Origin: Candidatus Nanohaloarchaea archaeon
GTDB lineage: Archaea > Nanohalarchaeota > Nanosalinia > Nanosalinales > Nanosalinaceae
Length of the DNA: 64,000 nucleotides
NCBI GenBank assembly: GCA_047617745.1
Contig: JBLGBN010000001.1
Coordinates: 69,065 to 133,064 of the forward strand
Reading direction: 5' to 3'
The position numbers and the translations under genes were made by a program. Positions 38,392 to 49,208 of this stretch are shown in pieces. The stretch's first letter is position 1. The number at the start of each line of letters is the position of its first letter. The notes under the pieces were generated by a model that made no database searches, was not told the DNA's origin, and saw only the letters and a program-made list of their open reading frames with translations.

Positions 38392-39657
38392 CTAATCTTC
38401 AACAGGCTTCCAACACTTGAATCTATTCTTTAACCCCTTAAATTCTATCAGTCCTTTGTTATTAAGTATAGCAAGTGTATTCCTAGCCGTTTTAGTCTCT
38501 CTATCAGCGTATTCAGCTAGCATCTTAGAAGTAACGTAACCATGTTCTTGATACAGAAACCTGATATCGTCCAAATAAGAATCAAATCTTGTGCCTTTGT
38601 CTCTATGTTTCTCCTGTTTTTGGTCAAAATATTTCTCAAATTGGGAGCTCTTTGAAATCAGGTAATCAGAGCAAAAGCCATAGAGGTCCCGGATATCTTC
38701 CCCAGTAACGACCAAATTGAAACGTGCTGCTTTACCTCTTTCAGTCTCATACAAGGAGTCAAATTTAATACTAGAGCCAATATTGTAGATTTCCAGCAGG
38801 CGCTTTACAGATAATAGAAGTCCAGGAGGCTCGATATCTTTTCCAACATCTTCCTCTTCTACCAGTATTGAGACACTATTTTCTGTAGGTGTCTCAAACG
38901 AATAATCCACTTCCCGATCCTTGATATTATCTAATGATTTTGATTGAGTTATTCTGCAAGACCTAGACGAAGAGGTTGGCGCACAGCCTTCACTTTCTAT
39001 AATTCCTGCAACTAAAGCTTTTTGGAACTCTTCGCCTACATTTGTATAAACCCATTTCGGAAAAGTAACATTTTCTTGAACTTGCCTCTTAGAACCTATA
39101 AAACCTGCTTTACGTATGATTCTTATCAGAACTCTAGAGCCATATATTTCATAACCTCTATCAGATTTCTTGATTTCAACATCCAAACCTATATCTTTGA
39201 GGGCCAGCTTAAGTTCCTCAATAAGATCATGAGATTGGAGAGCAATTCTATATTTATCATTTGATGCATCTGGCAACATTCCAATAACAAAGCCCCAGTC
39301 AGAGCTGTTCAGTTCAATAGGAAAACCATCTAATCTCAATTTATTTCCTCGTTTTCCAGCCTTAACATAGGAAATTTCTCCTTTCAACAGATCAAACTGC
39401 TCTAGAGCTGAGAGTTTATTTAGTGTTGATACAGAAATAGTCTTCTGGCCCCTCAAATAAAGACGTAGACTGGTCTTTTCAGATTCGCTCAGATCGAAAT
39501 CTTTGCTTTCAACTATTTCTCTAATCCTCTGATCGGCTAAATCCGTTAAAGATATGTAAAAATCTTTTTCTAGATCTTCTAAAGTAATTTGATTACTTGG
39601 AGAATCCTTAGGGACTTTTTCATGAGACGTATTATTTTTAACCTTTTCAAAATACAT
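38392..39657 (-). CDS. Stand-alone LAGLIDADG-like protein with C-terminal wHTH
   Basis: GFVIGMLPD and ALVAGIIESEG motifs; C-terminal VTSKMLAE...TARNTLAILNNKGLI; AT-rich. Confidence 0.65.
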   Translation of the reverse strand: MYFEKVKNNTSHEKVPKDSPSNQITLEDLEKDFYISLTDLADQRIREIVESKDFDLSESEKTSLRLYLRGQKTISVSTLNKLSALEQFDLLKGEISYVKAGKRGNKLRLDGFPIELNSSDWGFVIGMLPDASNDKYRIALQSHDLIEELKLALKDIGLDVEIKKSDRGYEIYGSRVLIRIIRKAGFIGSKRQVQENVTFPKWVYTNVGEEFQKALVAGIIESEGCAPTSSSRSCRITQSKSLDNIKDREVDYSFETPTENSVSILVEEEDVGKDIEPPGLLLSVKRLLEIYNIGSSIKFDSLYETERGKAARFNLVVTGEDIRDLYGFCSDYLISKSSQFEKYFDQKQEKHRDKGTRFDSYLDDIRFLYQEHGYVTSKMLAEYADRETKTARNTLAILNNKGLIEFKGLKNRFKCWKPVED

Positions 39658-39751
39658 AAGTAATATTTTTAGCTCTATTTTAAAGGTTTAGAGGTAAGAT
39701 TTCCACTGGTTCCGATAGAGTTTATTAAAATGAAGCACTAAGTTATGCGAT

Positions 39752-40060
39752 ATGTTTGGCGGAAAAGACATGACGAAGGCGATGAAGCAGATGGGTATGG
39801 ATATGGATGAAATCGACGCTGACAAGGTAGAGGTAACAGTCGGCGATAAAAAACTGGTTTTCGATAATCCAGACCTATCAAAGATAGAGGCAAAAGGACA
39901 GGAAATCTTCCAGCTACAGGGAGATTACAGCGAAGTAGAGGATATCAGCTCGGAAGATGTAGAACTGGTAATGGAGAAGACCGGCTGTAGTGAGGAAGAA
40001 GCCAGAAATGCTCTGGAAGACTCTGAAGATGTTGCTGAGGCAGTAATGAGCCTCCAGTAA
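39752..40060 (+). CDS. nac: Nascent polypeptide-associated complex protein
   Basis: MKQMG, FQLQG, UBA-like EDVELVMEKTGCSEEEAR. Confidence 0.9.
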   Translation: MFGGKDMTKAMKQMGMDMDEIDADKVEVTVGDKKLVFDNPDLSKIEAKGQEIFQLQGDYSEVEDISSEDVELVMEKTGCSEEEARNALEDSEDVAEAVMSLQ

Positions 40061-40106
40061 AGCCTCTAACCTAACTTCAATCTCTTTTTTCTATTACTTG
40101 TCAGAT

Positions 40107-41717
40107 TTATTTCTCTTCCATATATTCCAGCATCTTGGCGTAAGCCGGTCTTGTAATGCTTATACCGACCAGGACTCCAAGAATTGTTGTTACTGCGAAT
40201 CCTCTGACTGACTGGAGCGCGAAGCTTGAAGGACTTAGCTGGAAGGCGAATGCAGAAACAGCGATCGCCATAGCTCCAATTGCGAAGTAGTGAGGTCTTG
40301 TCCGGTTGCTGTAAAGAGTATATCCAATTAGGCCGAGACCTGCTGCTCCGATCGCCATGTTAGAGATTGAAGGTGAGACAATCGGCATCATAGCTCCGAT
40401 CGTCGAAGCTGCTGATGTGAAAATCACGAAGAAAGCTCGTTTAAGTCTTTTCTTCCAGTCCCTGACAATATCCCTGCCTGATTCATCTGTAATAATAATC
40501 TGGTCATCTACTCCTGTACCAACAGCTGCGATAATTCCGGCGATCGATGCCAGATCCAGTGTGATTATGGTCGAGAAGAATGAACCAAGAAGTATGAACA
40601 CCTCTGAAGAACCTGTTATTACAATAGGGATCGCCAGCTTTGCATTGTTGTATCTAATATAGATCAGTCCTCCAACCGCGACCAGCGACATTATTATCGA
40701 AATTATTGCTGCAGTCATGAACTGGTTTCCAAGTGATGAGGAAATAGTCGATATAGAGTCTATGCGGACAGGTGCCGGCAGTTTACCCGACTGAAGAATA
40801 GCCTGAAGCTCCTCCATATCGGCTCTTGCCTGCGCAGCAGTCTCTCCGCCGCCGTTGATAGACGGCTGAGTTACTACCTGTGTTTTGAAAACCGATGCCA
40901 TATTGAGAGCGCTCTGCTGCTGACCGTCAACGAAAAGCATTAGCTGTGCTGCGCCGGTTCCCGAAATTTTTCCAAGGTAAGGCTGACCTCCAACAGTGGT
41001 AGTCGGGTAGTTCTCCGCTATATTCCGGACCCGTTCAGCAGCTTCCGATGAAAGCACGACCGGGAAGTTGAACGAATAACCGCCCTGGCTCTGGCTTACC
41101 CTGGACTGTGAAGTCAGTACCTGCTGCACATCCTCTCCATCGTAAGCCACCACCTGGATATTTGCTGCATCCTCAGTATTGTTTACATATATGAAGTCGG
41201 CGTTATCAAGCCTGAACTCGTCACCAGGCTGATAGGTGTTATTATTGACGTTTATCACGCTGTTTTCATACTGGAAATTATACGTGTTCTCGATCGAGAA
41301 CTGCTGCTCATCAGCGACTGTTAGAGGCATTCTTGCCTGGAAGTTACCTTCCTGTGATATAAGTTCCCGTAACTCGGTCTGATTGGTCGAGGCCACTTCA
41401 ACCTGTATTCGGTATTCATCGCCCAGTCTGACGGTTCTGACCGAGGTTTGAGTTAATCCAAACGCCGAAATTCTCTGTTCTAGAATTGTTCCTATCTGGT
41501 TGGCTTGGGCCTCTGAAGTATTGTTGCTCTGGACCCCCAGAAGTATCCGGGTTCCTCCTTCCAGGTCAAGTCCCTGGTTTATGCCGGTTGCTATAGTTGT
41601 TTCCCCATCAACTGTCTCGTAATGCGGGTTCAACAGGAACAGTGATGCTCCTAGGGCTAAGAACAGCACCCACATCCTCCATTCCTTCATTAATTCTTTC
41701 ATCTCCATTTGAACCAC
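40107..41717 (-). CDS. secD: Protein translocase subunit SecD
   Basis: GLDLEGG, SG.LP, LG, GTGVDDQIII. Confidence 0.9.
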   Translation of the reverse strand: MVQMEMKELMKEWRMWVLFLALGASLFLLNPHYETVDGETTIATGINQGLDLEGGTRILLGVQSNNTSEAQANQIGTILEQRISAFGLTQTSVRTVRLGDEYRIQVEVASTNQTELRELISQEGNFQARMPLTVADEQQFSIENTYNFQYENSVINVNNNTYQPGDEFRLDNADFIYVNNTEDAANIQVVAYDGEDVQQVLTSQSRVSQSQGGYSFNFPVVLSSEAAERVRNIAENYPTTTVGGQPYLGKISGTGAAQLMLFVDGQQQSALNMASVFKTQVVTQPSINGGGETAAQARADMEELQAILQSGKLPAPVRIDSISTISSSLGNQFMTAAIISIIMSLVAVGGLIYIRYNNAKLAIPIVITGSSEVFILLGSFFSTIITLDLASIAGIIAAVGTGVDDQIIITDESGRDIVRDWKKRLKRAFFVIFTSAASTIGAMMPIVSPSISNMAIGAAGLGLIGYTLYSNRTRPHYFAIGAMAIAVSAFAFQLSPSSFALQSVRGFAVTTILGVLVGISITRPAYAKMLEYMEEK

Positions 41718-42613
41718 TCTCCGATCGAACTGAAGTCTCCTTCAATGTATTTCTTGAGTATTAAAGCGTTTCCAAAGTAGGTGAGCGGTATGTCAGCTAC
41801 AAGACCTAGAACCATTACCGCCGCAATATTTGAAAGCTCTGAAGGTCCGACAAGAGCCTGTGATACGAAGTAAAGTATTGTGAAACCTGCGATTCCACCG
41901 GAGCTCATTGTAACACCTGTTTTTATAGAGCTCCAGATCCTGTGCTTCAGCGATTTCCTCTGCTGCCTCAACGCTCTAGTCGATAACACAATATCGGTGT
42001 CAACCGAGTAACCTATAAGCATCAATAATGCTGCGAACGAACCCAAAGTAAGAGGTATATTGAATATAACCATTCCCGCCATCGCAAATATGATATCTCC
42101 AGCTGCAGCGAAAATAACTGCAAGCGACGGCGTCAAGTCCTTGAATGCATAGAAGATTACTAGGCTCATGATGGTGAAAGCCATGACAAACGCGAGTTGT
42201 GCCTGAACGAAGAACTCGTCAGATACAGCCGATGAAAGAGATCTCAGACTTTCAACCTGAACCTGATAGCCGGCACCTTCAAGAATGCTACTGGCTTGCG
42301 TCTCGTTCATCTCTGGAGGAGGTATTCTTAGGAGTAGTGAGGTTTCATCGCCTGTAGTCTGCTTTACTGCCTGAATATCGCTTCTCCCAGCCTCCCCGAA
42401 AACTGTGGCGATCTCGTTCGTTTTGAAACTTTCATTTATTGAGAACTGGATTTCGGTTCCTCCTGTGAAGTCCAGGCCCTTGGTTATCATTTGGCCGTTT
42501 GAAGCATAGCTGAAAGCCAAGATACCTGCCGAGATTATTACAATTGCGGCGGGTATAGCGAAGTACTTGTCGTAATCCTCGTAAATCCTGTCAAAGTATT
42601 TTTCCAGTTCCAC
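41699..42613 (-). CDS. secF: Protein translocase subunit SecF
   Basis: GLDFTGGT, LMLIGYSVDTD. Confidence 0.92.
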   Translation of the reverse strand: MELEKYFDRIYEDYDKYFAIPAAIVIISAGILAFSYASNGQMITKGLDFTGGTEIQFSINESFKTNEIATVFGEAGRSDIQAVKQTTGDETSLLLRIPPPEMNETQASSILEGAGYQVQVESLRSLSSAVSDEFFVQAQLAFVMAFTIMSLVIFYAFKDLTPSLAVIFAAAGDIIFAMAGMVIFNIPLTLGSFAALLMLIGYSVDTDIVLSTRALRQQRKSLKHRIWSSIKTGVTMSSGGIAGFTILYFVSQALVGPSELSNIAAVMVLGLVADIPLTYFGNALILKKYIEGDFSSIGEWFKWR

Positions 42614-42699
42614 ATCAAACCCCTTGATTCCTTTTTCTTTTAAACTAATTGTAATGGGGAGAGAATTAAAAAGGTCTTATACCATTCAATATTCAAATA

Positions 42700-45390
42700 A
42701 TGGGACTCCAAGACTTCAGAGAGCGATTTGAGGAAAAAGGAAGAAAGCTGAAAGAGGATCCGAAAACCGCTTTAATGGATAACTGGGGTTTCATGGCGGC
42801 TTCTGCAATATTTCTTTTTGCTCTTCACATCCGGTATATGCCGGAGCAGGGTATGAAATACTTCCAGGCGCTTGACCCCTTCTGGATTTTCAGACAGAGC
42901 CAGCACCTCGCACTAAGTGGGAACATCCCGGCCGTCGATTTCATGCGTTACTTCCCGTACAACGCCCCGTTCCATCTATTCAATAACGGAAATATTGTAT
43001 TCCCAGCAGTACTTTACTGGATGGGTCCTTTCCTGATTTTCGAGTCCTTCCTTGAATGGGCTCAGTTCTACCCTGCGCTGATGGGCGCCGGCGGGGTTTT
43101 TGTAACCTACTTCCTGGGTAAAGAGCTTTATGACAAGTATGCAGGAGTTGCAGCAGCATTTTTCCTTGCAACAATTCCTGGAGTTCTTCACAGAACGTCG
43201 GCCGGCTTCTTCGAGAAGGAGCCAATCGGCTCATTCTTCATGATTTTATCACTGTACTTTTTCACGCGTGCCTGGAAAGATCAGAGCCATGTATATGGAA
43301 TTCTTTCAGGCCTGGCACTTGGAATATTCTCGGTCAGCTGGGGAGGCTCCAGCTACCTTTGGCTTCTGTATCCTCTAGTTGTTCTGGTAGTAATGTTCCT
43401 CAACGAGGATATAGAGAAACTGGTCGCTGCATATACACCTGTAGTAATTGTGGCTGGAGGTTTTGCAGCGGCTGTAAACCCGGAAAGATTCTGGATAACA
43501 GACGGAACTTTCCTCGGGAATGTCGGGTTGCTCGGCTTCCTCTGGAGCCGTTATCTTGTAGAGGAGTTTGAGTTACTGGAAAGTGAATATTTACCGTACT
43601 ACACGCCCGCAACGTCAGTTACGGGGCTTGTAGTTCTGGCTCTTTCGCCTCTTTACTCCAGCTTTATAGCCGACAGATTCCTCTCACTAATCGGACGAGT
43701 TACACAGAGCGGTGGCGGAGTAATCGCCGGCACAGTAGCAGAAAACGCCCCCGCCGGGCTAGGACAGCTTATAGGTCAGTTAGGCGCAAGCACTTCAGCG
43801 AATATAGCCGGTTCGCTGACCGGTCCACTAGCAGTCTTCAGACCTTTCGCATCGCTTCTAAGCGTAATAGGTGCTCTAAACGGTGCATGGCCTCTCGCTT
43901 TCATCGGTATAGTATTTGCCGGAACCTATGTACTCGCAATGGTTCTGAGAAAAACCGGATTTATCGAAAAAGAACTGGCCAGCAGGGAGTACTACTACCT
44001 GATGATAGGCACTCTTTTTGCATGGGTCCTTGGATTCGCAGTATTCTTCCAGGGAAGCATCCTCAGAGCAGTTGCAGCACCTGTAACAGCAGTAATCGGA
44101 GGTTTACTAGTGCTTATAGCGCTGGACCAGGAGAGAGACATAACTATTGAATACAGATGGTATCAGATCCTACCTTTCCTCTGGGCTCTAACCAGTATTC
44201 TGGGAGCTGTATCCAAGTCAAGGTTGATCTTCCTGGCGGCTTTCCCAACAGCTTTCATGGCTGGTTACGCATTCTCAAGAGTCTTCAGGAAACTAAGAAG
44301 AATGGATACAGGAGCCGTTTCCCTGATAGGCATAGGTTCTATGGTCATAGTGCTGGACATGGTAATGCTGCTTATAGTCATATCCGCATTTGATCTGAGG
44401 CTGGGTCTAGCAGTCGGCGCTATAGTAGCTGTAAACGGTATAACTTACTATCTGCTCGAGGATCTAGAGATTTCAGACCGAATCACCAGTCTGGATCTGA
44501 AAACCACGGTCATAACCGCACTGGTAGGCCTAACACTTATTGTCAACATGTCAGCTGGAATAGCAAACGCTCAGAGCCTGGGCGGATCGCCGAACAATCT
44601 CTGGGAGGAGAACCTTGACTGGATGGAACAGAACACCGAGGAAGGAGACGTTATCCTTTCCTGGTGGGACTACGGTTACTGGTTTGAGTCAATCGGGAGA
44701 AGAGCCGCAGTAGCGGACGGAGGAAACAACGGATATTACTCCAGCGAGGAAAAAGTCAACTATCCTCTCGCCGAGTTCCTGACCTCCAGCAACCCGGAAA
44801 ACCACACCGATTTCCTTGAAAAACACTCAGTCGATTACATAGTACTGGATGAATCAATGATCGGCAAATACTCAGCAGTCAGCCAGATCGCCAACAGGGA
44901 TAACTCCGAGTTCAACTCCATGAACCAGTTAGGAACATCCCAGAACATACAGAATTCTATCAGTAGAGACAGTAACAACAATACTGTGATAAGATTCACA
45001 GGAAACGGTATCGGTCTTTACGTACCAGTAGATGTCGGACAGTCAAATGTCCGGCTTTCCAACAGTACAGCTCCAACTCTGGAGGCTAGAGGCCGGACCA
45101 AGATCGGATGTGCTCTGACAAACGAAGGACGTATCGAGTACGATGTTGAGACACAGACAAGCTACTGTGTTGCGATCAACCCTTACTACAGCCTTGAAAG
45201 AGCTCTGGGGACCTCCCAGACAGGTAGAAGTATGCCTGCACGAGCAGTTCTTGTCCCTGAGGAGATCAGTGACTCGACGCTTGTAAGGCTGTACCTGATG
45301 GACGGTCACGGGCTTGAAATGTTTGAGAAAGTGGACGGCGGTAACACTGGTGAATACATCAAAATGTGGAAGGTTAAAGACACGGAGTAA
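42700..45390 (+). CDS. aglB: Oligosaccharyltransferase (STT3 family)
   Basis: WWDYG, DPF, RTSAGFFEKE, TVAEN, DESMIGK; many TMs. Confidence 0.95.
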   Translation: MGLQDFRERFEEKGRKLKEDPKTALMDNWGFMAASAIFLFALHIRYMPEQGMKYFQALDPFWIFRQSQHLALSGNIPAVDFMRYFPYNAPFHLFNNGNIVFPAVLYWMGPFLIFESFLEWAQFYPALMGAGGVFVTYFLGKELYDKYAGVAAAFFLATIPGVLHRTSAGFFEKEPIGSFFMILSLYFFTRAWKDQSHVYGILSGLALGIFSVSWGGSSYLWLLYPLVVLVVMFLNEDIEKLVAAYTPVVIVAGGFAAAVNPERFWITDGTFLGNVGLLGFLWSRYLVEEFELLESEYLPYYTPATSVTGLVVLALSPLYSSFIADRFLSLIGRVTQSGGGVIAGTVAENAPAGLGQLIGQLGASTSANIAGSLTGPLAVFRPFASLLSVIGALNGAWPLAFIGIVFAGTYVLAMVLRKTGFIEKELASREYYYLMIGTLFAWVLGFAVFFQGSILRAVAAPVTAVIGGLLVLIALDQERDITIEYRWYQILPFLWALTSILGAVSKSRLIFLAAFPTAFMAGYAFSRVFRKLRRMDTGAVSLIGIGSMVIVLDMVMLLIVISAFDLRLGLAVGAIVAVNGITYYLLEDLEISDRITSLDLKTTVITALVGLTLIVNMSAGIANAQSLGGSPNNLWEENLDWMEQNTEEGDVILSWWDYGYWFESIGRRAAVADGGNNGYYSSEEKVNYPLAEFLTSSNPENHTDFLEKHSVDYIVLDESMIGKYSAVSQIANRDNSEFNSMNQLGTSQNIQNSISRDSNNNTVIRFTGNGIGLYVPVDVGQSNVRLSNSTAPTLEARGRTKIGCALTNEGRIEYDVETQTSYCVAINPYYSLERALGTSQTGRSMPARAVLVPEEISDSTLVRLYLMDGHGLEMFEKVDGGNTGEYIKMWKVKDTE

Positions 45391-45396
45391 ACAAAC

Positions 45397-46458
45397 ATGG
45401 AACTAGCTCTCCTGGCTGCCGCGGGCTTCCTGAGCTTTGTATCAGTTCTAGTCGGAGTTCCCTACGCCAGAAAATACCTTTTATCATCAGGAATCTACGG
45501 CATTGATCAGCAGAAGAAGGGGAAGCCAAAAATAGCCACATCAGGAGGGGTTGTGGTCCTCTTCGGACTGCTCTTCTCCACAACAGCATTCCTGGGAGTA
45601 GGCAAGCTACTCGGAGTCGGTACCAATGTAGAATTGGTTCTGGCATCTCTTTGCTCTATAAATATTATCGCTTTGATAGGTTTGATAGACGATATACATG
45701 TAGGCGATGAGATAAGAGTTGAAAGCCCTACCAACAAATTACTCGAGATTATGGACGTATTCGGGTCCGATGTCAAGATATCGGATGAGGTTGACCGTGT
45801 AGGACTCAGCCAGTTCACAAAGATGCTTTTCGTTTTGCCAGCTGTTTTCCCTTTGATGGCTGTGGGGGCAGGCTCCTGGGAGATGACCTTCCCGTTTATC
45901 GGTGTTATTGACTGGGGTCTTCTCTACCCCCTCGTCCTGCTCCCTCTCGGACTCCTGTTCGTAGCTAACGTTGTAAACATGCTCGCCGGAACTAACGGGC
46001 TGTCGGCCGGCCTCAGCTTTGTGGCATCAGCCGGGCTGGCAGTTTTCGCTGTAGCTAACGGGGAACTGGAAGCTGCGCTAATCGCTATAAGCCTTTGCGG
46101 AGCGCTGGCAGGTTTTCTGGCGTACAACTGGTACCCTGCCTCAATACTTCCCGGAGATTCCCTCACCTATCTTTGCGGTGCTACACTTTTCTCGACAATG
46201 GTCCTCGGAAATATGGAGAAGTTCGGTGTATTCATATTCGCGCCCTGGTTCGCCGAGTTCGCATTGAAGGCGCGGGGAAGGTTCAATGCGCATTCCTGGG
46301 GCCGACTCGAGAACGGCAGTCTGAAGAATCAGCACGAGGGTATCTACTCTTTGACCCACATCTTTATGTCAAGAAGTTTCAATGAAGAAGAGATAACAGC
46401 TGCCCTGATTATCCTGGAGGCGTTTATTGTGGCGATAGGGCTGCTTTTATTCCTTTAA
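45397..46458 (+). CDS. UDP-GlcNAc:dolichyl-phosphate GlcNAc-1-P transferase (MraY/GPT family)
   Basis: GLIDD, NVVNMLAGTNGL, YNWYPASILPGDSLTY. Confidence 0.9.
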   Translation: MELALLAAAGFLSFVSVLVGVPYARKYLLSSGIYGIDQQKKGKPKIATSGGVVVLFGLLFSTTAFLGVGKLLGVGTNVELVLASLCSINIIALIGLIDDIHVGDEIRVESPTNKLLEIMDVFGSDVKISDEVDRVGLSQFTKMLFVLPAVFPLMAVGAGSWEMTFPFIGVIDWGLLYPLVLLPLGLLFVANVVNMLAGTNGLSAGLSFVASAGLAVFAVANGELEAALIAISLCGALAGFLAYNWYPASILPGDSLTYLCGATLFSTMVLGNMEKFGVFIFAPWFAEFALKARGRFNAHSWGRLENGSLKNQHEGIYSLTHIFMSRSFNEEEITAALIILEAFIVAIGLLLFL

Positions 46459-46480
46459 CAGCCGGATTATCAGGACTCAT

Positions 46481-47413
46481 CTAATTTCTGTAGTACTTGT
46501 ATGTCTTCCTGAGGCCTTCTTCAAGAGGTACTTCAGCCTCCCAGCCCAGCTCTTCTTCAGTTCTCTCCAGGTGGGCCTGGGTTGTCATAACCGGGTTGTC
46601 TCTTGGATGTTTAATGTACTCAGGTTCGATATCTTTGTCTAGAACCTGGTTCAGCATATCCATCAGGTCATTAAATGAGACATCCTTTCCTGTACCAATA
46701 TTGTAGTACTCTCCATTGGTTTCGTCCTTTCTCTCTGCAGCCTTGATATTCGCTCTCGCCACATCCTTAACATAGGTGAAGTCCCGACTCTGTGTTCCGT
46801 CTCCCCAGATAACCGGTTTTTCATCGTTCATCATCTTCCACATAAACTGGGTGATAACGTTGGCGTAATCTCCTTTTGCTTTCTCTCTAGGCCCGTAGAC
46901 CGAGAAATATCTCAACCCGGTGAAATGTATGTCTGTCATCTGTGAGTAGACTTTGGCGTAAAGTTCACGTGCCATCTTCGAGGCAGAGTAAAGATTGGTT
47001 GGGTGTTCTTCTTTATCCTCCCAGTGAGGGGGTTCTGCGCTGCCGTACATGGAACTGGTGGATGCGTAGACAACTTTCTCAACACCCTCACCTCTCGCTG
47101 CTTCGATAGTGTTTATGAACCCTCCAATGTTGACTACAGCGCCTTCAACAGCATCCTCTTTGTGCATGGGGGCTGAAGATCTGGCTGCCTGGTGGAAAAC
47201 AGTGTCACATCCTTCTACTGCTTCCTCAACTTTTTCCCTGTCCGTTACAGAGCCATGCACGAATTCAATATCCTCTTTTACATCCTCAAGGTTGCTTTCA
47301 GCTCCCAGGTACAGGCTGTCGAGCACAACGACATCTATATCCCTTTTAACTAGCTCGACAACAATATTGGAGCCGATAAATCCTGCTCCACCCGTCACTA
47401 ATGCCTTTTCCAT
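46481..47413 (-). CDS. NAD-dependent sugar epimerase/dehydratase
   Basis: TGGAGFIGS, YSASK, RYFSVYGP. Confidence 0.92.
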   Translation of the reverse strand: MEKALVTGGAGFIGSNIVVELVKRDIDVVVLDSLYLGAESNLEDVKEDIEFVHGSVTDREKVEEAVEGCDTVFHQAARSSAPMHKEDAVEGAVVNIGGFINTIEAARGEGVEKVVYASTSSMYGSAEPPHWEDKEEHPTNLYSASKMARELYAKVYSQMTDIHFTGLRYFSVYGPREKAKGDYANVITQFMWKMMNDEKPVIWGDGTQSRDFTYVKDVARANIKAAERKDETNGEYYNIGTGKDVSFNDLMDMLNQVLDKDIEPEYIKHPRDNPVMTTQAHLERTEEELGWEAEVPLEEGLRKTYKYYRN

Positions 47414-47416
47414 GGT

Positions 47417-48292
47417 TTAATTTACCTCCAGTAAGCTTTTGTTTGTTAGACCTCTTTTATAAGGAAGACTTGGTATAGCGCCTTCCGAAGTGGTGGATAA
47501 AGATGCAGCCTTAACAGCTTTCTCCAGCGCCTTCCTCGGTCCCTGATCGCGGAAAGCCAGGAAAGCTCCGGCAAGCGCATCTCCTGCTCCCGTGGTATCA
47601 ACGACATTAACTTCTGGAGCCTCTACAGATATATTTTCATCACCGTAGAGCTGTGCTCCCTGACTCCCTTTTGTAACAATCAGCTCGGAAAGATGTTCTC
47701 CGAGATCTATTTCCTCGAAGTACTGGAGTTCATCGTCCGCAAGTATCATTATGTCGGCTCTTTTTACTACCTTCTCAAGCCTATGCATGTAAGCCTCGTC
47801 AAGAATATCTTCTCTAATGTTAGGGTCGAAACTGACCGCCGCCTCCGTCTGTTCTATAAGCCTTACTATGTTTCTGGCGGTAGATGGGTCAGTCAATGGG
47901 AGCGACCCAAGATGTACTATATCATCCTTTCCCGGCTGGATTTCCAGCTGTTCTCTGGATATTTTTTCGTCAGCTCCACGGTAAAACTTGAAATGGGGCT
48001 TGGATTCCTGGTCTAGCGAGGCGAACGCGAGGGTTGTATCAAGATCGGTTTTTCTTATCCAGGAAGTATTGATATCCTCTTCCTCGAGTTTTTCTATAAG
48101 GAATTCTCCGAACTCGTCGTCTCCAACTGTCGAAACCATGTGAACGTCGGCACCCATTCTGGAGGCTGCCACCGCTACATTTGCGGGCGCTCCTCCAGGA
48201 TGTTTTGTGAATTTCTGGTTTGATTTCAGGCTTGCGTTCTCTTCCCCTATTATATCTACAAGTACCTCCCCTACACAGTATATTCTAGTCAT
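47417..48292 (-). CDS. PfkB family carbohydrate kinase (fructokinase-like)
   Basis: GGAPANVA, FDPNIR, VDTTGAGD. Confidence 0.92.
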   Translation of the reverse strand: MTRIYCVGEVLVDIIGEENASLKSNQKFTKHPGGAPANVAVAASRMGADVHMVSTVGDDEFGEFLIEKLEEEDINTSWIRKTDLDTTLAFASLDQESKPHFKFYRGADEKISREQLEIQPGKDDIVHLGSLPLTDPSTARNIVRLIEQTEAAVSFDPNIREDILDEAYMHRLEKVVKRADIMILADDELQYFEEIDLGEHLSELIVTKGSQGAQLYGDENISVEAPEVNVVDTTGAGDALAGAFLAFRDQGPRKALEKAVKAASLSTTSEGAIPSLPYKRGLTNKSLLEVN

Positions 48293-49139
48293 AGTTCAGC
48301 TGCCTCATAAACTCGTTAAGTTCTCTTCTGTCCTGTTTATCTGCTAGTTCTCCTGGTTCGATGCCCATTGTTTCATCCATCTTTGTGGATGATTTTTCCA
48401 GTAGTTCCTCCGATGACATCTGGTACTCCTCGTTTAAAGTTAGGTCGTTAAGAAGCGCCGCAGTCAGGTAATGGTCTTCTTCATCACCGACATAGAAAGT
48501 GGCTTCGTCCACTCTTTCTCTAGCTTCTTCAATAGAGCTTCCGATGGCTATGGCGTAACCTCCGGACTCGCTGGCACCTCTCAGTTTCTCTATATCTCCG
48601 TTTGAGTCCCCTATAGCAGTGTATGGGAGATCAGTTTCCGCCCACCATTTGGTTTCCTCTACCAGCCTTTCCAGATACTGTTCGACGTTTTCTCTCTTCT
48701 CATTCTGACCATTGAAAACAGGGTTGTAATTTTCATCCAGATCTCCAGCTATTATATCATGGAGATTTCCGTTGGTTGCTGACTGTATAACAGGTCTGTA
48801 ACCTGCGGAAGCACCTATTGTGGGAACATCCTCATCGTGTCTATGCGAAAGGACTTCTCCAAGTCCAGCTCTTTCTGGAAGTCTTACTGCTTCAACATGT
48901 TCTTCAAGATTCTCTACTGTTTCCGGATCTTGTTCACTCAGGTATTTGACCAGTTCGTTACTGTGTCCCAGATCGTCTCTTCTGTATTCTTGGACAAATT
49001 CAGGGAACTCTTCTGGAGAAACTACTCCGGCCTGAACCAGCCATTCTTTCCCTGTATCTCCTTTTAGAAGTGTTTTATCTATGTCGGCAAACACCGGCAT
49101 TCCTTTATCCAGCCGGTATCCTGCATCCTCCGTAGACAT
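48285..49139 (-). CDS. HAD-superfamily phosphatase
   Basis: DIDKTL, SAG, K, GDSNGD. Confidence 0.8.
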   Translation of the reverse strand: MSTEDAGYRLDKGMPVFADIDKTLLKGDTGKEWLVQAGVVSPEEFPEFVQEYRRDDLGHSNELVKYLSEQDPETVENLEEHVEAVRLPERAGLGEVLSHRHDEDVPTIGASAGYRPVIQSATNGNLHDIIAGDLDENYNPVFNGQNEKRENVEQYLERLVEETKWWAETDLPYTAIGDSNGDIEKLRGASESGGYAIAIGSSIEEARERVDEATFYVGDEEDHYLTAALLNDLTLNEEYQMSSEELLEKSSTKMDETMGIEPGELADKQDRRELNEFMRQLNYD

Positions 49140-49208
49140 AGTATTACGATGTATTACTTTCTTTATTTAAAGGTTAAGCTTTTTTACCACCTGAACCAAT
49201 TCTCAACT

